Translations under genes and position numbers: made by a program
Assembly (NCBI GenBank): GCA_000388065.2
Contig: KK198106.1
Length of the DNA stretch: 5,828 nt
Strand: one strand, 5' to 3'
Origin: Fonticula alba ATCC 38817
Taxonomy: Eukaryota; Protista; Nucleariida
Notes under the pieces: generated by a model
What the model was told of the DNA's origin: nothing
Database searches by the model: none
Seen by the model: the letters and a program-made list of their open reading frames with translations, nothing else
Part shown: positions 1-5,785 of the stretch, piece after piece
How the letters are laid out: every line of letters begins with the position of its first letter
Position numbering within the stretch: the stretch's first letter is position 1

Positions 1-70
1 GGTTGTTAGTGATTAATTCAGTTGTGGATCAAAATTTAGATTTAGTTATTTTACTATTAGATTTATATTT

Positions 71-1150
71 ATGTATAATAGGTTAGATTTAATGGCTTTG
101 TCTTTTCTTTTTTCTAAGAATGATTTTAAGAATTCTAGGGTTCGTAGGCCTTCTCGTGTTTTGCTTGCTTTGCAGTTTAGGCCTGGGGCTCCTGAGTCTC
201 ATGAGTTGTATTTGAAAATGCTTAGGAGGTTGAAGTTTAAGTTTTTTTTGGCTAGCTCTCTTAAGGCTAAGAAGTCTAGGAGGAAGAGGTTTAAGTTGAG
301 GAGGTCTGCTCGTTATTTTATTTTTAGGATGAGGAGGTCGGTTAGGAGGCTTAAGCCGTATAAGTTGTCTGTTAAGTTTAAGCCTGTTAGGAGGTCTATG
401 TGGACTGTGGTGGCTTCTTGTAATAAGTTGTTGGCTAGGCCTGTGTTGGCTTTTAAGTTTGTGTTTAATAAGTTGATGGGTTTGGTTTTAGGTCGTTCTG
501 AGACTAACTTTTCTAGGCCTCCTAGAAAAAACTTAAGTTTGAGGGTGAAGAGTAGGAAGGTTAAGTCTATTAGGGTGATTAAGAGGTTTAAGAGGTTTTT
601 AACTCGTAGGAATATTGACTATGTTAAGCCTTCACGATTGGCTGAGGGTTTTAAGCATTTATCTCTTAGAAGTGTTAAAGTAGGTAAAAAAAAAAGTATT
701 AGAAGGATTAGGGGTATTAAAAGGTGGTTTATATGGGCTATTTTTTCTCCTGCATTAATGATTAGGTTGTCTACAGGGAAAAATATTATTAATGGGGATT
801 TAAGTTATAAGTATAGGCAGTCTTATAAAACAGTTATGACTTCTAATACGGGGTATGAGAGGTTTCATGCAGGTAAGAATGGTAGAAGGAGGATTACTTT
901 AGGTAAGTATCTTGTAAGAGAGATGTATAGATTGACAAAAATGTATAAAGCTCGTTTTATTGGGATTTTGGGGGCTTGTCACAAGTCTATATTAAGATTT
1001 GCTAGAAAAAATTTTTGGAAGTTTAAAAAGAGGAAAAAAAGGTATTTTATGTTCTGTATGGACGAAATTGAATCTCATAATGGGTGTCAATTTAGAAAAG
1101 AAAGAAAAAAGAAAAAATTAAGAAGAAAGAAGTTATACTCAGAATTATGA
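71..1150 (+). CDS. rps11: Mitochondrial-type ribosomal protein S11 (uS11), divergent, with a long Lys/Arg-rich N-terminal extension
   Basis: The C-terminal ~140 aa fit uS11: MDEIESHNGCQFRKERKK matches the hallmark (D)VTPIPHNGCRPPKRRR, and TSNTGYERFHAGKNGRRRITLG sits where SAG..GFKG.RK.T is expected. The first ~215 aa are basic and unrecognised. Ends in TGA overlapping the rpl14 ATG (ATGA). Confidence 0.72.
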   Translation: MYNRLDLMALSFLFSKNDFKNSRVRRPSRVLLALQFRPGAPESHELYLKMLRRLKFKFFLASSLKAKKSRRKRFKLRRSARYFIFRMRRSVRRLKPYKLSVKFKPVRRSMWTVVASCNKLLARPVLAFKFVFNKLMGLVLGRSETNFSRPPRKNLSLRVKSRKVKSIRVIKRFKRFLTRRNIDYVKPSRLAEGFKHLSLRSVKVGKKKSIRRIRGIKRWFIWAIFSPALMIRLSTGKNIINGDLSYKYRQSYKTVMTSNTGYERFHAGKNGRRRITLGKYLVREMYRLTKMYKARFIGILGACHKSILRFARKNFWKFKKRKKRYFMFCMDEIESHNGCQFRKERKKKKLRRKKLYSEL

Positions 1151-1512
1151 TTACATTCTTAACTAATTTAAAAATAGCTGATAATACAGGAGTATTAAAT
1201 GTACAATGTATTAAAGTATTGGGTGGTCATAAGATGAGAGTGGCTATATCAGGGAAGCCTATTGTTACAGCTTTAAAAAAAGTTAGACCTAGAAAAAAAT
1301 TTAAGAAGGGTGAGGTAGCCAAAGTGTTAGTTCTATCTACAAAAAATAGATTTAGAAGAAATTCTGGCTTTATTATAAATAGTAATAAAAATACTGGGTT
1401 AATATTAAATGATGGTTTTGCACCTGTAGCTAATAGAGTTACAGGGGCAGTTCCGCATGAAGTTAGGGCTAAATATAATAGGGGTTATTTACTTACAAGA
1501 AAAAACTATTAA
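1147..1512 (+). CDS. rpl14: Ribosomal protein L14 (uL14)
   Basis: MITFLTNLKIADNTGVLNVQCIKVLGG matches the uL14 N-terminus (MIQ..T.L.VADNSGA..V.CIKVLGG); also RRNSG, N..GLILN and ANRVTGAVPHEVR (GTRIFGPV..ELR). 121 aa is the canonical length. Confidence 0.97.
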   Translation: MITFLTNLKIADNTGVLNVQCIKVLGGHKMRVAISGKPIVTALKKVRPRKKFKKGEVAKVLVLSTKNRFRRNSGFIINSNKNTGLILNDGFAPVANRVTGAVPHEVRAKYNRGYLLTRKNY

Positions 1513-2018
1513 TGAAGCATCTAAGTTATAATTTTTATAATCTAAAGGAATATAGTGCTCAGCCTTTAAAAAAAATAGTATTAAACTCTTCTTTCAGAAC
1601 TATTAATGAAAGAAAAAAAATGAATATTATTTCACTATATCAAGTGTATAGTTTATTAAATCCAAAATTTAATAAAGCTAAGGGTTCTATTTCTAACTTT
1701 AAGTTAAGAAAGGGTTCTGTTGTGGGGGTTTATATTACATTAAGCTCTACAGACAGTATAAATAATTTTTTAGTTAAATTAATTCAATTGAAAACTCCTA
1801 ATATAGATTTAAATCCTATTTCTATAGAATCATTTGATAAATATGGAAATGTATCTAGAGGATTTAAAAATATTAAAGAATCTCCTGAGTTTACTGAATT
1901 ATATGATACAGTTAATTATAATATTGGATACAATGTTAATTTTGTATTCACGAAGTGTGAGAGCTTAGCAGAGAATGTTTTTAAATTATCGTCTTTAAAA
2001 CTTCCGTTACGTGACTAA
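1512..2018 (+). CDS. rpl5: Ribosomal protein L5 (uL5)
   Basis: Motifs PLKKIVLNS, KAKGSISNFKLRKGSVVGVYITL, FDKYGNVSRG, PE and IGYNVNFV are typical of uL5; canonical position directly after rpl14. Confidence 0.95.
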   Translation: MKHLSYNFYNLKEYSAQPLKKIVLNSSFRTINERKKMNIISLYQVYSLLNPKFNKAKGSISNFKLRKGSVVGVYITLSSTDSINNFLVKLIQLKTPNIDLNPISIESFDKYGNVSRGFKNIKESPEFTELYDTVNYNIGYNVNFVFTKCESLAENVFKLSSLKLPLRD

Positions 2019-2316
2019 TAAAAAAACATTAGTAGATTTTGCTAGAAGAAAGCTTCATTTGTTAAATAAGCATGAGATTTTAAAAATAAAATTTATTAGG
2101 GATAATAAATTTATACAAAATGAAGAGTATACTAACACATTTTCTAATAAAATTCATAATTTTCATAATAATTGTCATTCATCTAGAATTATGAATAGAT
2201 GTATATTTACTGGTAGGGCCAGGGCAGTAATTAGACTTGCTAGAATTAATAGAATATCTTTTAAAGATGCAGCAGAGAGAGGTAAATTGGTGGGTATAAA
2301 AAAAAGATCATGGTAA
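2011..2316 (+). CDS. rps14: Ribosomal protein S14 (uS14), GTG start
   Basis: SRIMNRCIFTGRARAVIRLARINRISFKDAAERGKLVGIKKRSW is the uS14 signature (NRC..TGR.R.....F.LSRI.FRE.A..G.LPG..KSSW). Starts at GTG 2011-2013; the in-frame TAA at 1996-1998 excludes an upstream ATG. Confidence 0.96.
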   Translation: MTNKKTLVDFARRKLHLLNKHEILKIKFIRDNKFIQNEEYTNTFSNKIHNFHNNCHSSRIMNRCIFTGRARAVIRLARINRISFKDAAERGKLVGIKKRSW

Positions 2317-2828
2317 ACTATTCTTATAAATTAGAGGTTCCAGAATCAGTTTCTTTTAAACTACAAGAAGGCTATGTGTTTATATTTACTAAAAAATATA
2401 CTAAAAAATTGAAATTACCTAATACTATTCATACATTTGAAGTAAAAGATGGCCAATTATTTATTGAGGGAAGTAATAAATCTCAAGTTAATACTATTTA
2501 CTCAATTATAGATAGTTTATTTACAACTATTACTGCGCCATGTAAAGTTGTGGTTACATCAAGTGCAATGGGTACTAAATTTCAAGAATATGAAGGAAAG
2601 TTTTATGTTAAAGCAGGTCATAGTCATTTTATAGAGTTACCTTCATCAAATCTGTGTGAGTATTTAATATTGAATCAAAGTTCTATAATGGTATCTTCTC
2701 ATATAAAACAAGAAGCTACTAATTTAGCAGCTAGAATATGCAATATTAAGAGACCAGATGTATATAAAGCTAAGGGATTGTACATAGAGGGTTTAGAGCC
2801 AAAAGTTACTAAATCAGTAAAAAAATAA
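2310..2828 (+). CDS. rpl6: Ribosomal protein L6 (uL6)
   Basis: N-terminal LEVPESVSF, internal GTKF...KAGHSH, C-terminal KQEATNLAARICNIKRPDVYKAKG (compare KQ.VGQ.AA.IR..R.PEPYKGKG). 172 aa is near canonical length; spc-like order. Confidence 0.92.
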   Translation: MVNYSYKLEVPESVSFKLQEGYVFIFTKKYTKKLKLPNTIHTFEVKDGQLFIEGSNKSQVNTIYSIIDSLFTTITAPCKVVVTSSAMGTKFQEYEGKFYVKAGHSHFIELPSSNLCEYLILNQSSIMVSSHIKQEATNLAARICNIKRPDVYKAKGLYIEGLEPKVTKSVKK

Positions 2829-3251
2829 ATGAGAGTAGAATACACGCATTTACTTGGCTATAGATATAGGATTAAAGAAGTAATATTAAAAAATTCTACT
2901 TTAGATCCAGAGTTTTTTATATTTTTAGAGTTGATTATAAAAATACAAATGGCTTTATTCTTCTGTACTGTAATTGCTATTATGTATACTATATTTAAAT
3001 ATTCTAGATTTGGTGTAAAAATTAGATCATTATACTCATTAGATCTAGTTTATGATGAAAAGATGTTTCCAGTTAGACAAGGAGTAGCCATGCTGCTGCT
3101 ATACTACTATTTAGTTGCATATAGCATTTTATATCCAAGATTATTTGTTGTTGGGGCTTATAGACCCACTGAAGCTACGGTAAAAGAGCTTATAGCTTGG
3201 TCTATAAACTCTTTAAAATATATATATAACACATACATATCAATATGGTAG
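2829..3251 (+). CDS. Hypothetical membrane protein (ORF140)
   Basis: ATG abuts the rpl6 stop (TAAATG) and the stop overlaps the next ATG (ATGGTAG), like the known genes. Two hydrophobic stretches (FFIFLELIIKIQMALFFCTVIAIMYTIF; GVAMLLLYYYLVAYSILYPRLFVVGAY). No family recognised. Confidence 0.65.
   Translation: MRVEYTHLLGYRYRIKEVILKNSTLDPEFFIFLELIIKIQMALFFCTVIAIMYTIFKYSRFGVKIRSLYSLDLVYDEKMFPVRQGVAMLLLYYYLVAYSILYPRLFVVGAYRPTEATVKELIAWSINSLKYIYNTYISIW
3183..3214. repeat. Inverted repeat / hairpin, 13-bp stem with one mismatch and a 6-nt loop, inside ORF140
   Basis: AAAGAGCTTATAG (3183-3195) - CTTGGT - CTATAAACTCTTT (3202-3214); 12 of 13 pairs are Watson-Crick (C3189/A3208 mismatch). Confidence 0.6.
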
Positions 3252-5110
3252 ATAAACTAAATAATTTTCGTATTAAAAGTTTATTTAAATATACTGGAGC
3301 ATTTATTGTATCTAGTATAGTAGCATACATATTTCAATTAATCTGGACATTAGATAAATCTATAAATGCTTACTTAGCAGTAATCATTTTTATAATTACT
3401 TTATATATATACTTTTATATAGTTGACATAGTAATACATATAAAAAAAAAATTTTTTTCTAGAGGGATAACTAAATATAATAGAAATAAAAGGGAACTAT
3501 ACCATCAATTTGTACTAAACCATTTTTATCATAAGCCAACTATTAGGTACATATCAGATAAAAAAGACATAGAAAAATTCAATTCTTTTGAAACTGGTGA
3601 GAGACCATATGAAATGTCCGCTAAAGTTTATAAAAACATAGATAATTTTAATAGAATTTCTAAAATAGCTATGATAAAAACCTTAGCCATTGGCTCTGGA
3701 TTTCTAAAAAGAAGAAGCAACAAATTTAGAGCAGAAGCCAGATATAAAAAGATAGGAGGAAAAGGAAATGCAATAAGACATGCATACAAAATACTTGATA
3801 AAAAATTTCCTCCTAGATTGTTAAAATACTATAGAATAGTATTAAGCCGTATTTTAATGGAAGTTAGATTAAATAAAATAATGTATGATAAACAAATATT
3901 AAAGGTGATAAACAATAAAGAGTGCAATATACCTAAAGAAATGCCCTTTAATACATCTTTAAACAGGGTCTATTATACTGACGACAACCTTAGAATAAAT
4001 ACGTCCCCAAATAGAAAACATAACTACATTCAAGAATCTAAAATAGGTAAAAATGTAAATGAAAAAAAATGCTTTTCATTTAGAACACTAAATTATATTA
4101 TAAACAATATAATTTATTTATTAAAATTTAATAAAATATTAATATATATTAGACTCTTAATGAAAAAAAGGAACAAAAGCACCATAGAACAAATACCATA
4201 TATAGTACTATTTATACCATTCAGTATATTAACCTATATAACAATGATAATTAAAGCACTTATAGAAATATACAAATCATTATTTAGCCCACTTCGATTA
4301 ATGTATTATGTATATAAACATATAAAACCCATATATGAAGAGTACTTACCTTTAACAAAAGAAGAGAGACTTTCATTCAGGGATAAATTAATAATAATAA
4401 ACTCTAAAAAAAAAATAAGTGAGATCGATCAAAAATACTACATCCTTCAAAGAGATAGAATTTTAGATATGCTACCTAAAAAACACCATTCTTTATCAAT
4501 AGTAGAAGACCTAAAGAATGACTACACACTATTAAATATGTATATAAAATCCTCCACAAAGTTTATATTAAGATTAGCAGAAAAACTAGCATACTTAATA
4601 GTAAAAACCCCTAGACACTTAATAAATAAAATACCAAAGCTACCAAAAACCATAAACCAAACAATAAGATTTATAACATGGTACACATATAACTACATCA
4701 CTATAAAAATACCATACGCCATAAAATTTATAATCAGTCACAATATAAAAAAAATAAGAAAAAACCATTACATAGCAACAAAGAAAATATGGCTATTCAG
4801 AAGAAAACACCCTGAAATAGACATATTCATCCTAGACCTAAAAATAAACTACCACTATTACAAACTAGTTTTAAAATCAGAAATAAACGAAAACTACACC
4901 AAAATAAAAAAAAACATAATAGAGTTAAAAAACAAAAACATAACAAATGAAATAAAAAAACACTATAAAAAAAAAACAAAAAAACTAAATAAAAAATTAA
5001 ATAAAGTCCCTAAAATAAAACATATAAAATATGAAATAAAAATGGCATTCCGCATTTTCATCTACCTATGCAAAGAAGAATACCACAAATACAAAAACAA
5101 AACAAAATAA
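3245..5110 (+). CDS. Hypothetical basic protein with predicted membrane segments (ORF621)
   Basis: An 1866-bp open frame in AT-rich DNA is very unlikely by chance, and the start overlaps the ORF140 stop. Two N-terminal hydrophobic segments (~aa 14-64), one near aa 317-343, otherwise rich in K/I/Y/N. No family recognised. Confidence 0.75.
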   Translation: MVDKLNNFRIKSLFKYTGAFIVSSIVAYIFQLIWTLDKSINAYLAVIIFIITLYIYFYIVDIVIHIKKKFFSRGITKYNRNKRELYHQFVLNHFYHKPTIRYISDKKDIEKFNSFETGERPYEMSAKVYKNIDNFNRISKIAMIKTLAIGSGFLKRRSNKFRAEARYKKIGGKGNAIRHAYKILDKKFPPRLLKYYRIVLSRILMEVRLNKIMYDKQILKVINNKECNIPKEMPFNTSLNRVYYTDDNLRINTSPNRKHNYIQESKIGKNVNEKKCFSFRTLNYIINNIIYLLKFNKILIYIRLLMKKRNKSTIEQIPYIVLFIPFSILTYITMIIKALIEIYKSLFSPLRLMYYVYKHIKPIYEEYLPLTKEERLSFRDKLIIINSKKKISEIDQKYYILQRDRILDMLPKKHHSLSIVEDLKNDYTLLNMYIKSSTKFILRLAEKLAYLIVKTPRHLINKIPKLPKTINQTIRFITWYTYNYITIKIPYAIKFIISHNIKKIRKNHYIATKKIWLFRRKHPEIDIFILDLKINYHYYKLVLKSEINENYTKIKKNIIELKNKNITNEIKKHYKKKTKKLNKKLNKVPKIKHIKYEIKMAFRIFIYLCKEEYHKYKNKTK

Positions 5111-5656
5111 CAAAGAAAACCACACAACAAAACAAAAACAAAACAAATCCCAGAAAGAGAACCAAACCCAAGTAACAACACAGCCAAAACACTAAACGTA
5201 ATAAAACACAAACAAAATAAACAAAAATACACAAACAACCACCACAAAACAAAACCATAACCACTAAATAAAAAACAAAACAAAACACAACACCACCTTC
5301 AACAACCATACCCAGCAAAAAAGCTTGAAGATAAACAAATTCAAACAAAATAAATAAAACTCTAAATAAAAAAAAAAAGAATTACTTGAGCTGTAGCAAA
5401 ATAAACTCTATAAAACTTAATAAAAAAAAACAAAGACCAAAGCAGATAACCCTCCCCATAAAGACTTGACAGACCAACAACTAAATAACACACTTATACT
5501 TTATATATAAACTCACCTACAAAACAAACCCCCTTAAGCCAGAAACAACACCACCCAAAACAACTACCGATAACACTAAAATAGAAGGACACCCCATAAA
5601 TAAGCCAAAACAACACACCAATACAACCAGACCTAAAGCCAAATCTAATACATCTA
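5111..5656. other. Non-coding, extremely A/C-skewed low-complexity tract (candidate control region)
   Basis: Largest gene-free interval in the window; hand count for 5221-5280 is A40 C16 T4 G0; 11-nt poly-A at 5368-5378. The control-region role is inference only. Confidence 0.5.
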
Positions 5657-5713
5657 GGAGTTTAATTGGAATCGAACCAATGACCATATGCTCTACCACT
5701 GAGCTATAAACTC
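5657..5713 (-). ncRNA. tRNA-like element lacking the anticodon arm (57 nt; tRNA pseudogene or structural RNA/DNA element; amino acid identity unassignable)
   Basis: Minus strand reads GAGTTTA TA GCTC AGTGGTA GAGC A TAT GGTC ATTGG TTCGATT CCAAT TAAACTC C: 7/7 acceptor stem, U8, 4/4 D stem with A14/G18/G19/A21, GGTC variable segment, 5/5 T stem with TTCGA loop. Only TAT lies where the 17-nt anticodon arm plus position 44 should be. No encoded CCA. Confidence 0.88.
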
Positions 5714-5759
5714 TTTATTTATATTATTATTATGTTGTTTTTTGATGGTTTTGAATAGT

Positions 5760-5785
5760 GTTATGATTGTTATGATTGTTATAAT
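5760..5785 (+). repeat. Short 9-bp tandem repeat (GTTATGATT x2 plus a degenerate third copy)
   Basis: GTTATGATT GTTATGATT GTTATAAT read directly from the sequence. Confidence 0.6.

Noticed and set aside
686-695. Homopolymer runs as frameshift or editing sites
   Set aside because: Reading frames stay open through the poly-A and poly-T runs and the recognisable proteins are full length, so no frameshift or insertional editing is needed.
71-720. rps11 extension as a fused rps13
   Set aside because: None of the uS13 motifs can be found in it.
3055-3090. ORF140 as rps13 (FPVRQG versus LPVRGQ, expected position after rpl6)
   Set aside because: No GIG or YRG.RH motif, no QRT.TNA, and the protein is hydrophobic rather than basic.
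5058-5348. Minus-strand 96-aa hydrophobic ORF (and the nested 73-aa ORF at 5062-5283) as nad4L/atp8-like genes
   Set aside because: A G/T-rich strand has few A's and so few stop codons; the F/V/L/C/G content follows directly from the skew, no nad4L or atp8 motifs are present, and both overlap ORF621 antisense.
5454-5595. Minus-strand G-quadruplex from four G runs
   Set aside because: Loops of about 71, 20 and 35 nt are far too long for a canonical intramolecular G4.
5686-5690. Calling it tRNA-Met from the CAT in GAGCATATGG
   Set aside because: That CAT spans D-stem position 25 to position 27 and is not in a 7-nt loop closed by a stem, so it is not an anticodon.
5517-5699. Minus-strand 60-aa ORF
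   Set aside because: Its start lies inside the tRNA-like element and the rest is skew-driven V/L/G sequence.
5657-5713. Element as a mitochondrial tmRNA tRNA-like domain
   Set aside because: tmRNA needs alanine identity (G3-U70, A73) and lacks a D stem; here the pair is G3-C70, the discriminator is C73 and a full D stem is present.
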